A stretch of 63,394 bases of DNA, filler included, from Octopus bimaculoides (taxonomy: Eukaryota), in the NCBI RefSeq assembly GCF_001194135.2. It is 3 parts of 3 records of this genome, joined end to end, with 100 filler letters (N's around TTAATTAATTAA, not from the genome) between each part and the next. Parts side by side here need not be neighbours in the genome. Positions count along the whole stretch, not along the records: positions 39,247 to 63,394 come from NC_068983.1; 2 more parts are not named here. One strand, written 5' to 3'. A program made the translations under genes and the position numbers. The notes under the pieces were generated by a model. That model saw only the letters and a program-made list of their open reading frames with translations. It made no database searches and had not been told where the DNA came from. This document shows positions 46,800 to 60,952 of this stretch, piece by piece; position 1 is the first letter of the stretch, and each line of letters starts with the position of its first letter.

Positions 46800-49400
46800 C
46801 TATATGGAGAAACTGGAAATATTTTAATGGAATCAAATCAGATTTGCCCCAATCACAAGTTCAAAAAGGAAATGGGTTTCTAATGGGTACCTTTTGTTAG
46901 AACGAAAAGATAAAAAACTACGATCATCTGTTTCTCACGCATCAATAGAATGCTCTTGTTGTCTGAAAAAATTGAGAAATACAACCTTTTGCCGAAAGTT
47001 GAAACAAATCAAAATACACGCAGAAAGGTGATAATTCGAATCTTTAAAATATTCATTACTGACACTGTCTATATTCATTTACATTTGGAATACTTCTACG
47101 CCTCACGCATCCTTTCCCTCACACACGCACAATCAGGCATTCTCAGCATCTGAGTATACAAATAACATAAAAGTTAGGACATCATTCAATCATACAGAAT
47201 TCAAACTATATTGCATCTTATATTTCCTTCCCCCGATCTATCCAATGAATGTCATATTTTCGAAACTATCTGAGTACCGTATAGGAATAAGTATTTCTAT
47301 CTATCTGTCTAACTGTCTGTTTCAACACATTGTAACCCATGGACCAACAAGTTTTTCCAAACCGCGAAGTTTATCTCCGGAGAAATTAAAGATTGCTAAG
47401 GCCGAATTTCGCCACATGTTAGACCTGGGAATAATTCGTCTTACTTGCAGTAACTGGCTTACACTTTTAGTTTTGGTAAAACAAATTTCACAGACTGTTG
47501 TTCATGCAGATATGTTAGACAACTTAATGCAAAAACACAAGAGGACAATCCTCCAATTCTCCATATACGTGACTTTGTAATATCTTTTCGAAGATAGATT
47601 TAGTTAGAGCATAAAATCAAATTCCTGTTGAAGAGAGTAATATATAAAAAACAGCAATTACAATTCCATTTGGGTCATATGAATTCCTTCGTATGCCTTT
47701 CGGATTGAGGAACACAGCAAATACTTTCCAGATATTCATCGACGAAGTAACAAGAGATTTACCTTTTGTATTTGCTTATATAGAAGATATTCTCATTACT
47801 AGTCCGTGAGAAGAAGTTCATGAAAATCACTTAAAACAAATTTTTGAAAGACTGACTAAATATGGTATAGTGATAAATCCATCAAAGTTTGTTTTCGGTG
47901 AACGCACTATATCATTTTTAGGTCATCTCATTGATATAAAGATGAAATTCGCCCACTACCAGACAATTTTGAAGCTATTAACAAATTCTTTACGAAAACT
48001 TCAAGAATATTTAGGAATTATTAATTTCTACAGACGCTTCATTCCACATTGCATAGAAAGTCTATTTCCTTTAACTGAATTATAAAAGAATAGGAAAAAT
48101 AAAAATGAAGCTATAACTTTAAAAGATGAAGAATTACAGGCTTCTCAAAACAAACGAAAAACTGTCTGAAGCAGCACTCTTAAACCATCTGGTTCCTGAA
48201 GAAAAATTATCGTTGGTAGTTGATGCTTACGATGTTGGAATCGGTGGAGTTTTACAGCAGTTTCATTGTGGCTCTTGGCAACAATTATCTTTCTTTTCAA
48301 AAACGTTCAAGGCACCAGAAACTAAATACAGCGTTTTCAGCAGAGAATTGTTGGTCTCTTACTTGTCACTTAAATACTTCAGACATATTCTTGAAGGTAG
48401 GTCATTTACATTATTTACTGACCATAAACACATGCTCTAAAAAATTCTTCTTGAAAAATATTCTCCCAGAGAAATTAGACACCCTGATTACATTTCACAG
48501 TATACTGTGGATATACGGTAGTTCAAACGTGTTGAAAATTCTGTAGCTAATGCACTTTCTCGAATGAATGTTGATGCATTACGTTCATTAAGCACTATCA
48601 ATTTAGAAGGAATGTCTAAAGATCAAACAATTTTCTTTATATAAAGATTCCAGTTCTAATTTTAGAAATTTAAATTATTGCCTATTCATTCTTGTAAATC
48701 ATATATTTGGTGTGATATTTCTACAGGATTTTCTAGATGATTGTCTCCTGAAAAGCATAAAAAACTTATGTTTTCTACTTTACATAAATTATTTCATCTT
48801 GGCATTGGGGCTTCACTAAAATTAATATTAAGTCGATTTAGTTGGCCTGGTATGAAAAAGTATATTTTCTCTTGGGTTCAATCGCGTATGCGGTGCCAAA
48901 GAACAAAAGTGAATCATCACATTAAACCACCATTAGGTACTTTTGCAAATCCTGATGCTCCTGCTTTTACAAATAGATTACAAAATATTAAAAGTTTTGT
49001 CCCTGCCGATATTAATTCTTAGACTCATGTATTTGTATGTAATGATGCTAGTCATCGTTCACTGAATTATAAATACACTGGCCATTTTAAAGTTTCGTCA
49101 ATAAAAGATAAAACTATGACTTTGGATATGCATGGTAAAAAAGAAATTGTCAGTTTAGACCGAGTTACAATGCATTATTTCGACTAGTTTTCTTGTCATG
49201 AGAATAAAACTTTGAGCAACTTATTTCAAAATAACTTGAAACAGAACAATTCACAAAACAGCGAACTTAAAGTTGGAGAAAAGATACACAAGCAAAATTT
49301 AAAATCACTTACCAGCGAAAGCAAAACTAGAAGTAGTAGAATTGTACATTTTTCCAAAAGACTTTCTCAGTTTGTTTGAATATATTCTTCATGAACTTTT
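46800..49400 (+). mobile_element. Degenerate Gypsy/Ty3 LTR retrotransposon pol (RT-RNase H-integrase; integrase core deleted)
   Basis: KIAKAEFRHMLDLGIIR; KTAITIPFGSYEFLRMPFGLRN; AYIEDILI; ISFLGH; LVVDA..GIGGVLQQ, YSVFSRELL, FTLFTDHK; HLGI..SLKLI.SRFSWPGM; C-terminal KTRSSRIVHFSKRL; LTRs not identified. Confidence 0.9.
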
Positions 49401-52117
49401 ATATTCCTGGATTTTTTTTTTTAAAGATTTATAATTTTTTTTCCCAGAGAAATTAGATTGAAACAATTTGATAAACTTTACAAGAACGCTGTGCTATTGT
49501 AAAACCGTGATGCGCGGTTATTTTTATAAGTTTATCATGTGGAGGCATTTGTAAATTTGTGTATTTGACTTGCTAAAAATATTTATTCCAACTATGTATT
49601 GAAATATAATTGTATTATTAGTATTCGTTTTTTTTCGCAAATTTTTAACAATTTTCAAGTTGAGAGCTTATGAAGCAAGTCAGAATAATAAACCTCTATC
49701 AGCGGTAATATGACCTAATGGCCATGTTGGCCGAATAGGTATAATTGTTAGTTTCCCATATTTTTAAGATTACTGACCATATTTAAATTCTAACCTTTGG
49801 TCAAAGAGAAATCTTTCACGAAATACGTTTCTTAGAATTTAGGTACGAGCAGTTGTAAAACCCCTGATTTTTGGGAGATTAACCTGTTCTCGTTGGTTGT
49901 TACTCGACTTCACGACACTCACTCCAAAATATTGGCTATTTTTATGCCATGTATATATCGAATTCCAAAAAGACTGTTTTGAATTGTGTAAAATTCTAGT
50001 AGCTTACTATGGAAGAAGTAGTAATATAAATTTTACGTCGTAATCTTCTACTACAGTTTTCTTTGGACTTATAAACGACCTTTAAATATTAAATGAAAGT
50101 AAATTAACTAATTTAGTAAATAATTCCTCTTTCTTCATTTTCTTCAATCTGTTAGTGAGATTCATTTCTGTAACTATGAAACTGTTATTATAGCGGTGAA
50201 AAAGAGCGGGCATATTTACTTTTAACATGCATCTACATTTCAACAGGTACGTTTCAGCGCCTTGGTGTAGAACTCATCACGGCGTTTATGCAGCCTGATT
50301 TAAGATTTATGTATAGTGATAATAATTATAATTAAATTATAAGTGACGGCTTTATCACTATAGGTTTCTTCTCAATATACATCTATATTTATTATATTTT
50401 CCAAGTCAACAACATGATAAATCAGATAACCCAACATAAATTAGGTCAGAAACCGACGTGGACTAAGAAAAGTCGGGAGTATAATCACCATATAAATAAG
50501 ACAAAATTTACCCGCTTCATAAAAATCGTAACTCGCCGTTATATATATATATATATATATNNNNNNNNNNNNNNNNNNNNNNNNNNNNNNNNNNNNNNNN
50601 NNNNNNNNNNNNNNNNNNNNNNNNNNNNNNNNNNNNNNNNNNNNNNNNTGTGTGTGTGTGTGTGTGTGTGTATAACACAATTGAAAATGTCTGTATTTGA
50701 TCCGATAGTTACTATATAAAATAATTTCCTAGAAATTGAAAGACAAATTTATACAGAAACTTCAATAGTTATTTATGAGGTGAATTGAGGAAAGAACATG
50801 ATGAATAATAAAGAGTTTCTTCGTAATTATTCGAAACAAACTATTTCAAAACCACTATACATGCAAGCGACACATGCAGTCATTTTAATCAACAATGAAA
50901 CTATTCAAATGCTACGAGGGCAAAAAAATATTGTGTATGCACTAGCTTATGCCAAACAGTCTAGACGTTAACAAAAATGAGAACCTATGTGTTCAACTTC
51001 GTTCTGCGTATTGTTTAATTAGTTTAATGTTGCAAGTTACCATGAAAGTATTTGAAAATGTCAGGCATTTGTTAGTTGTTAATTAGCACAAACTTCAATG
51101 AATACGCCATTGTCTTTGATTGTTTTTTACCGAGACATAAAATAAGTAAACGCGTAAAAGTATATATTTACAGAAGTTCATTATTACAATTTCATGGTTT
51201 CGGATTCAGTAGAAAGGAACCCTAACTTGGGAAAGTGACCTCTAGAAGATCCTGGGAAGAATTGAACCTTATAAGTGAATTTAATAAAGGGAACTGTGAA
51301 TACCATAGAGTATATAAATATGTGTGTACCTTGTGTGTCTGTGTGCCGTGTGTGTCTCTGTGCCTTTGTCTAAATCCACCAGCCGCTTGAAAAACTATGC
51401 TGGTTTGTTTACGTCACTGCAAATTAGCGGTTCATAATATGACACTGATAAAATAAGTATCAGACTTTAAAGTCTATAACTAGGTTGATATGGTTGACTA
51501 AACCGTTCAAAACAGTATCAAGCCAAGGCGGTGGCGCAGTTCAATGAATAAGAAAATTAAAGGAAAAAGATGAAATATTAACAACTTAACTATGAATAGT
51601 TGTGAGATGTAAAAGAAAATGTTCATAAAAAGTAACTGTATATTTTGTCGCCATGTAAATAACGTTTCTAGGACGACACACTGTGTCAGTATAAACACTT
51701 CAAGAATTTAAAGTATTATGGCATGCAATTACATCAACCTTACCTGCCAGATGTTGACGCTGCCTTCATATACGATTAGCAAATAATGCAGTTTTCAGAT
51801 CTTTAAATATAATTCATATAGAAATGAATTTCTCGAACGTTATACTGTTTCAATGCAAGTATTATGGTTGTTAATTGCATTCATCCTTAGCTGCCACACG
51901 TTGCCTTTATATATTATTAACAAAAATGCAATTTTTAGATCTCTAAATACGACTCCTGATGGGCCAGAATTAAGCTGCTTCCATATACACATACATAATA
52001 TTTGTTCGATTTGCTTGGTGAAACAATTCGAAGCGATACCCTATCATGTCCCTACTCCAAAACCTGAAACAAATCTAAAATAAAATATATTGTATACATT
52101 AAATCCACTCATATTTA

Positions 52118-52173
<56 letters not shown>

Positions 52174-52384
52174 TACGTAAGTTTATATAGGGATATTCAC
52201 ATTCACACACACACAAACACATGCCTGTACATACAACGATGCATTAATATACATATATTATTTAGTAGAATTAATATTATATAATTTGTTGTTCAAAAGT
52301 TTTACTTTCGGTTCACAATAGGCATTTTGGTTCCAACAAATAGATCTTCAAACGTATGTAACGATCTCATTAGTTGCTGCCAAT

Positions 52385-52820
52385 AATTTCAAAACTACGG
52401 ATTCATTGTTGGTTATGAGATACGAAGTTTGAAGAAATAACGTAGATGTATTACTTCCTCTCATTGCAGCATGAGATCGAAGACTGCATTTCATCCTTTC
52501 GGGATCGATAAAATAAGTAGCAGCGAAGTCCTGGTTCGATGTAAATGATTCTCTCCTCAAAGCAACTGACGTTGAGCAAAGATATGAAACCGTTATTATT
52601 AAAAGTAGAAGCTTATAGAATGGTCACCATGTTGAGCGAACGATTTAACTAATTTTTTTTCTGTTCAAACGTCAAATGGCGCCGAAGTCAGCTTTGCCTT
52701 ATTACCTTTCATGTCCAATAGAAATTGGAAAGTTGAGCAGTGAAGCCGATGAAAGAGACTTCCCTTAAAAACTGCTCGATTTGTGCCAGCATATAATTGG
52801 TAATATTCAATTTCGAACCT
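52385..52820 (-). mobile_element. Diverged SINE F4 copies
   Basis: CATTTCATCCTTTCGGGATCGATAAAATAAGTAG core on + at 52487; GGAAAGTTGAGCAGTGAAG..GAAAGAG and TTCGAACCT on the opposite sense at 52730-52800; mixed orientation. Confidence 0.5.
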
Positions 52821-53079
52821 TAACGATTGGACTGAGTGTTTTCCAATTGGTGGTGCCCAGCTGACCAGTCGCAAATTCTCTGTCTCTCCGTTCTCCATCC
52901 TTTACGTTTTTTTTGTTTGCTCTTGTCTCTAATTCTCCGTAGTAAAAAGTTTTTGGCAGGCACCACCAGTTGGGAAGCACTCAGAATTATCGTTAAATGT
53001 TTGAAACTGAATATTACTAATTGGTCGGTAACTGAGAAAGGATTACAGACCTTTTGTTTGTCTCTCGTTCGTTTTTGAT

Positions 53080-53689
53080 CCTCTGGAACTTCACCCTCTT
53101 ACTCCTCTGGAACTTCACCGTCTTACTCCTCTGGAACTTCACCGTCTTACTCCTCCGGAACTTCGCCATTCAAAATGACAGAAAGATAGATGCGAATAGG
53201 TCAGACTCTATATTGAAAGACATCAGACAAAAATCATGTATCCTCATTGATATGACTGTTATGATCGACATAAATACATCTGTCAAGACCTACCAAAAAC
53301 GGAGCAAGTATAAAGGTCTTGAAAAAGAAATTGGGAAAATGTGGAACCTCAAGACTAAAACAATACCTGTGGTAATAGGTGCTCTAGGAATGATAGCTAA
53401 AATAGAGGATTCCTACCTAGCTCAGATATCAAGAAACCCCAAAATGCTAGAAATTCAAAAGATAGTGTTCATGGTCCTGCACATATCCTACGTAAAATAA
53501 GGTCTATGTAATCTCAAATTTTAAAACAAACTCATAATTTTCATATATTTTCTTAAACATTCTCTAGAACAATACTATGTGAAAAACCAAATATATGACG
53601 TAACACCAACATGAGCATCTAACTTGTGTCTTGCGGTCTCTGAGTGAGACTTGGAGTCAACTTGTACGAATACAAAGCAAAGGTCAAAC

Positions 53690-53756
<67 letters not shown>
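53080..53756 (+). mobile_element. REL LINE lineage B, 5'-truncated, with 24-bp tandem repeats at the 5' junction and (TAA)n at the 3' end
   Basis: WNFAIQNDRKIDANRSDSILKD...LIDMTV...MWNLKTKTIPVVIGALGMI...EIQKIV; TAA array 53691-53756. Confidence 0.9.
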
Positions 53757-54299
53757 TGTTCTATTTTTGAATCTGTTATCGAAATTTTTATTACGCCTGT
53801 TAGACCCTAATTGTTGAAGCAAGGCCGCCTTAGCACCATTGTATGCTCCTGGGTGAATAAATGTACTGGGTTTCATAGTATATATTTTTTGACAGCAAGG
53901 CAAGGCATATACAGTTCGGAATTGTGTGCTTTACATGAAAAGGTGCCCAGTGTTCTCATGCATTAAGACTGCAGTGACTTCAGCTGGTGCTTCTTATGAA
54001 ATATGCTTCAACTCGGGACAGAGAAGTTTTTATTATTGCTAGCCTAGAGTGGCAAACTTATGAGTCAACGACGGTGACTAAACACTTTGTTATTTACGGC
54101 GTTAATATTAAAAATGTTAAAGGTGCTCCCCATATATTTAAACTTTCAAAGAGTTTTCGTGATGAAGAGTTGCCACGGAGATTTCAATATGGTGCTACAT
54201 GCCATAATCACCAACTTGAGGTCTAACATCTATTGAACTTTTGGTCACGAGGTTGATCATAATAAGCCAAAAAGACATGGTGAATGTGTTGTCGTTAAC

Positions 54300-55790
54300 G
54301 ACACGGATATATGACCCATTTTTAGATAGCAGTTAATCGCTTATGCAGCTGATCAGTATTGCAGAACAAATTTTGAATATGAAATGGGAATTGACACTGG
54401 CAACGCAAAAGGTTTTTGTCAAGACATTAAGCTTTAATTAAAATATAATGGAATGGACTGGCGATGTATATTTTCACTGTCAAAACGAAGATTTACAAGG
54501 AAAGATCATGTTACAGCAAAGCTTATGTACGAATGGGATAGGGTTAATCTTGAATAGAACTGCTACCAAAACACTTAGAAGCACAATTATGAAATCGTAT
54601 TCAGATGAAGTATTTCGAACTTCAAACTCAAACAGTGATATACTTAATCCACAGCTCTGATTGAGATGGATTGCGTCAAGTGAGTGGTGCACTTGAAGAC
54701 AAATCTATTAATCACCACTAATATTCTTCCGATTCGTTTTGAATATACGAACAATATGACGGGAAACAAGAATATCATGTTAAAATGTTTAAAGTATAGG
54801 TATTTTCTCAACTTTTATGAATGGAAATCTCTTTGTATTTCTAATAGGTCGTCCACCACAAAAGCTGTCTTTTTCCTTAGATTTTCGTAATCACAAAATT
54901 TGAAACAACGCCCAATGTTTTTATTCTGGCGGCGTTGAGGATATAATGTTAAAAGTGGTAGAATAACAAAAAAGGAAACCGAGATTTTGATATCAACGAA
55001 TTCATTGCTGGAAAAGTAAAATTAGGTTTTAATAACAATAAACTAGATTCTGTCTATAATTTCGAAATGTAAAATATTTAAACATTACTGGCTATCTAAA
55101 GACGAATGCCGACCAGAACAACTGTGGAATAAACTATGGAAGGGGAAGAGAAACATTGTTGATGAGAAAGGAAAACAAAATTTTGAAGTGGATAAAAGAG
55201 GAGGCATGGAAGAAAGCTGAAACAGTAACTCGATGATGAGAAAGCAGATAAACTAACAACATGTGTAATGAGACTGAAAGAATTTCAATATAGAAAATTA
55301 AGAACATTTTCCCAAAAGAATAAAGCGTTAAAATGAAAATCCGTCACCACGAGAAATGATATAAAAAAATCAACTATGGTAGTAAGCTTTAAAGTTGCAA
55401 AGAATAAAGCAACAGTTTGTGAAGCAAGACAGCAGGTGTTAATAAAACAGAATGTTATTCAAAAAATCGATATCAATATTGTGTTAAGGAATGAATATCT
55501 CCACTACGATTCAAAAGTAAAGAAAAAAATTCTCAGAAATTCTGGAAAGCATGTGACTTATATCAGATGATATAGTAGCAGCTGATTGGAAACATGGAGG
55601 GCGATAATCTATCAGAGATATTATACTGGTTGTATTCCAATATAGAGCACGTAAATGTGCCCACAACTCATATTGGTGAAATACGACTTAAAAAGCATTA
55701 ATGATAATATTAAAGTCAAATATGAAACAGAAATAGCTGAGAAAGTTGGTTTTAGAATGGATAAAGGAGATACGCATTTCTTAGTCTTAA
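54300..55790 (+). mobile_element. Old, highly degenerate RTE-type LINE
   Basis: MEWTG...NGIGLILNRTATKTL (APE-like), EQLWNK, EIAEKVGFR (EEQAGFR-like). Confidence 0.5.
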
Positions 55791-58629
55791 CATACTAATC
55801 AGAAAAATAAAAATAACACATGATCCGACTGAAAAAGATTTATCGCTTTTATTGACTATTTAAATGCTTAAACCTCGTTATTCATTACAAATTACGGTCA
55901 GATGTTGCATAAATATATTTTCTTCTATATTAAAAACATGCTAAAGTAAAAATTAAAAAAACAAACAACGCAAAATCTCTTTTGTTAGAATTTATGAGAA
56001 TTGACCATCGGGATTAACAAGGTGAATGAAAAACACAAAAATATAGTTTAGCGTTATTTCTGACAAAATTCAATCAATTATTTTTTGCGAAACAGAGATC
56101 AAACTATTCCAACAGCAATTATATCCAGCATGTCAAAGTGGTGCATGAATTTTGCTATCTTAGAAGTAGTGAAGGAAAAGGAACAAGAAAAGAAAAGCAT
56201 TGATCCAACGAGAAATAAATAGCGTTTGTATATATTCATCAATAAGTGAAATGACCAAGTTAAAATTGAAATGATCAAGTAAAAGCGTTGACGTATCTCA
56301 TACCAATTTACAAAAATAATTGCTGGATTAAAAAAAAAATAACTAGAACAAATACATCGTTTGCATGTTCGGCATTTACAGAATAATCGTATGACGTATA
56401 GCAATGTGGAGGATGGGGAAATATATAGTTGCAAATCAGACAGATAAGACACGGTGACATAACTTACAAAAACGAACACAAAATTTCATACAGTCTTGCC
56501 TACCACCTTCCACCTTAATGATAATATTGTTCTCTTTATTGGCGTCAACGGCAAAAGATTACTAAGATATAAATAAATGAAGAGAAAGATAGAACAGGAG
56601 AAATATAAGAAATGGTATCTATCGAAGGGCTATTAGGACAACAGGAAAATACAACAACCAAAAACCAAGGATGGTAACGGTAACGAAAAATAAACAATAA
56701 AAAACGATCAGGATTTTTTATATATATACATACAAGGCTTTTCAACTATACCGCAAAAAAGAAAAAGACATGCGTGAAAGGAAGGTTAATACTATATATA
56801 TATATATATATNNNNNNNNNNNNNNNNNNNNNNNNNNNNNNNNNNNNNNNNNNNNNNNNNNNNNNNNNNNNNNNNNNNNNNNNNNNNNNNNNNNNNNNNN
56901 NNNNNNNNNNNNNNNNNNNNNNNNNNNNNNTATATATACATGTATATAAATATACATATATATGTACATATATATTTTATTTCGTTTTGGGATTTGGTTT
57001 GCAATATTCTTTATGTGAGTTCGTGTGTTGAAGCATATCGTGTTGTGTCTGGAGAGAGTCGTTTTGTTTTTGTGCCTTATAATTTAACACACTCACCGCT
57101 AAAATTTCCCTTTATTTCTTACTTTTATTTTCCTAAAATTTTCGTTGCGGCTTGAAAACTTTTCAATGGTTTTGACTCTGTCCGTTTTTTACACTGACAA
57201 ATACGGGAGTACGTCCTTGTAAATGAAACTTCCACAATAATAAATAGGAAATATACATTGCAGATATCATAGCCCCATACCCAGAGTTTACACAGTTAGA
57301 GTAGAATAGTTAGTGGGCTGTTATATAGATAGATGTATATATGTCTGTGTGGGTGAATGTATTTATGTATGTGTATATGCACATGTATATAAGCATATGA
57401 ATATGAAAATAAACAGATCAGCATACAGATGGCTAAGTACATAGGTTATCTGAACAGACAAGCACACACACGCAAATGGAAACTGAAAAACATAACCATA
57501 TATACACACGCACTTTACTCCACACGCACTTTACTTCACACAAGGACACACATGGAGACATGTGTTCACACATATGGAGGTGCACATCCATACATACAAA
57601 CACGGTACATAGTTGCAAAACAAACATACACACACTCAGACATGCACACGCAACGCGACAGATGTGTATACATATATAAACAAACGCACACAAACATGCA
57701 TAAAATACACACAAACAGCGTCACGCAAGCACATGAATATGCAGAATACATACATACAGATGCACACACATACATATATACATATGCATACAAACATATA
57801 TGCAACATGTATACATGCACAGACATGCACAATGCCTCGAAATCCTAACAGCTAAGAACGAATTATTAAACAGGAGATACGAANNNNNNNNNNNNNNNNN
57901 NNNNNNNNNNNNNNNNNNNNNNNNNNNNNNNNNNNNNNNNNNNNNNNNNNNNNNNNNNNNNNNNNNNNNNNNNNNNNNNNNNNNNNNNNNNNNNNNNNNN
58001 NNNNNNNNNNNNNNNNNNNNNNNNNNNNNNNNNNNNNNNNNNNNNNNNNNNNNNNNNNNNNNNNNNNNNNNNNNNNNNNNNNNNNNNNNNNNNNNNNNNN
58101 NNNNNNNNNNNNNNNNNNNNNNNNNNNNNNNNNNNNNNNNNNNNNNNNNNNNNNNNNNNNNNNNNNNNNNNNNNNNNNNNNNNNNNNNNNNNNNNNNNNN
58201 NNNNNNNNNNNNNNNNNNNNNNNNNNNNNNNNNNNNNNNNNNNNNNNNNNNNNNNNNNNNNNNNNNNNNNNNNNNNNNNNNNNNNNNNNNNNNNNNNNNN
58301 NNNNNNNNNNNNNNNNNNNNNNNNNNNNNNNNNNNNNNNNNNNNNNNNNNNNNNNNNNNNNNNNNNNNNNNNNNNNNNNNNNNNNNNNNNNNNNNNNNNN
58401 NNNNNNNNNNNNNNNNNNNNNNNNNNNNNNNNNNNNNNNNNNNNNNNNNNNNNNNNNNNNNNNNNNNNNNNNNNNNNNNNNNNNNNNNNNNNNNNNNNNN
58501 NNNNNNNNNNNNNNNCTAAAACGTAAGGCTCTATTTACCTATCATCACTATCACACCACCACATATATTACACCCAATAATTACTTCTCCTACATTTCGC
58601 ACATCACAAACATCGAATATACCCTTTAA

Positions 58630-58681
58630 CACTCTGAAGAGATCGGCCAAACCAATGGCTGGATCGAAACGTACGTAAGTG
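58630..58681 (+). ncRNA. Minimal type I hammerhead ribozyme with intact canonical core
   Basis: Stem I CACT/AGTG; CTGAAGA; stem II GATCGGCC/GGCT-G-GATC; GAAA; palindromic ACGTACGT stem III; GUA cleavage after 58677. Confidence 0.75.
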
Positions 58682-59559
58682 ACTATGACATAATATACAA
58701 AATGACTCATTACATAACCTAAACTTCTACACTGACTCAATTCACAAGCTCCACATAATAAAACAACTGCTATCTAGTCCAACGAAAATGCTTTTTCTTG
58801 TATTTGTTGCTACATTCTCCAAGTAAATATATATATATATACACACACACACGTACATATTTATATGTAAATATATATATATATATGTGTGTGTATATAT
58901 ATATATATATATATCTATATCTCCTAAACTGCTGAATATTAAAAAATTAAACATTGACAATCAATCAATAAATGTAACAATAACAAAAATTCAAAAGAAC
59001 AAAACAGGTGGACGTACATATGAAATGTATTAGCTTCATGCTCAGTTAAGTTGGAAAAAAAAAAGAGTAGGCTTCTTTTAACGTTTCGAGCATAACTCTC
59101 CGTGAGAAAGAGGAGGAAGAAAAATGCAGAAGGAAAATGTCTACGAATAGCACGTATGTTGTTAAATGGCTGAAGTGATCGGAAGTGGAACGAAATAGAA
59201 AAAGTGTGTTTTTGAGTATATGTCAGTGCGAAACTCCTGTTTGCGTGTGTTTGTATGTGTGTGTGTGTGTGTATTTATGTGAGTGATGTATGCGTAAGGG
59301 TGCGGTGTCGAGTCGACAAACAGATAAGTGGTCGGTGTTCGATTCGGCAGTGAGAGGTGATAGAGGTGATGAAATGTGCGTGAGTGCCCATTGTGTTGTG
59401 TGCATGAGGGTGCGGATGTATGTGGGTGTATGCCTATGAGTGTGTGTGTGTATGCTTATGAGTACGTGTGTGTATGTATATATATGTGTGTGAGTGTGTT
59501 TGAGGGCATATGTGTGGGCGTGTGTGTTCGTATGTATGTATGTGTGTGTGTATGTGTGT

Positions 59560-60300
59560 GTACGCGTGTGTTCAAAGGAATCAATAATTGTAAATTGTGT
59601 TTAAAGGAATCACTAACCATCATTCACAACCACATCTCATTACCTAACATACTCTCAGGTGTAATACTCCCTTGTAAACACAGGTTCTACACATCATTTG
59701 ACCATTTTATTTACTCTGTGTAATCCCATAACTGTAACAGTGCTGAATTCTAATTACTAGCCACTACTACATTGACCTCCGACTCACCCCCACTCTGCCC
59801 ACCACCATCTATCATCTGTCATACATTTCTACATACCTTAGCAAACTTTCTCTGCCGCAGACTTAAACTCTTTCCTTTCCTCAAATAATTGCCATCCTTT
59901 TTCTCACCATCTCAACTTAGATAGTTATTATCTCTACATTTCGACACATACACAAACCCAGCAACTGACTTCCCTTCAATTATTTTCTATCTATTCCCCC
60001 AACTCATCCCTACATCTACTATCACCTCCCTCAATATTTTTATTATTCATCTCCCTCCCACTTCCTGAACTAGCTCTCTTTATCTCCTCTCACCATTACC
60101 TGTCTTAACACTCTCCATAAACCCAGCTACTATCCAACGTCAGCCCTCTTATACTTGCTCTCTACACTTAATCATTCTACCTTTGAAATCCTCTGCATTA
60201 TGATCTGAAATGGAAGATGCTTTCTGCCCTGATGACAGATGCTCGATTTATTTCATGTTGATTGCTTCGAATACGGCCTGCATATTCTGAGGAACTACAA
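59560..60300 (+). mobile_element. Penelope-like element 3' remnant
   Basis: CKLCLKESLTII...LPNILSGVILPCKH fits the C..CL.E...I...LN..S.....C.H tail of PLE GIY-YIG proteins; long C/T-rich 3'UTR with CTGATGA at ~60231. Confidence 0.55.
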
Positions 60301-60952
60301 ATACCAAGATTTTGATGGATACCACAGTTTCCAGAAACAGGTGATGTACTCACAACACTTTATATATAAATAAATATATATATATATATATANNNNNNNN
60401 NNNNNNNNNNNNNNNNNNNNNNNNNNNNNNNNNNNNNNNNNNNNNNNNNNNNNNNNNNNNNNNNNNNNNNNNNNNNNNNNNNNNNNNNNNNNNNNNNNNN
60501 NNNNNNNNNNNNNNNNNNNNNNNNNNNNNNNNNNNNNNNNNNNNNNNNNNNNNNNNNNNNNNNNNNNNNNNNNNNNNNNNNNNNNNNNNNNNNNNNNNNN
60601 NNNNNNNNNNNNNNNNNNNNNNNNNNNNNNNNNNNNNNNNNNNNNNNNNNNNNNNNNNNNNNNNNNNNNNNNNNNNNNNNNNNNNNNNNNNNNNNNNNNN
60701 NNNNNNNNNNNNNNNGTATGTGTGTGTGTGTGTGTGTGGTAAATAAAATAAACATGCAGTTTATTAATATATGAATATATATCAGAAGTGGAAAAACAAA
60801 ACAATAAATTGAGCAATTATAAATTTAATTCAATTTAAATATTTTATACAAGCCAATGACATCTCTCAATAATTACAGCTGTTTTCGCTTCATTAATAAA
60901 ACGTAGAGTTTCAAGAATAATCAAATCCGTTAAAATATGTAATGGTTTTTCA

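Noticed and set aside
53080-53170. CRISPR-like arrays (24-bp, 13-bp at 31762, 22-bp at ~24870-24935)
   Set aside because: Head-to-tail repeats with no unique spacers, eukaryotic context, no cas genes.
56099-56479. Minus-strand ORF with CKCRTCKRC (possible PLE zinc-binding linker)
   Set aside because: No GIY-YIG or RT motifs recognisable around it; insufficient support.
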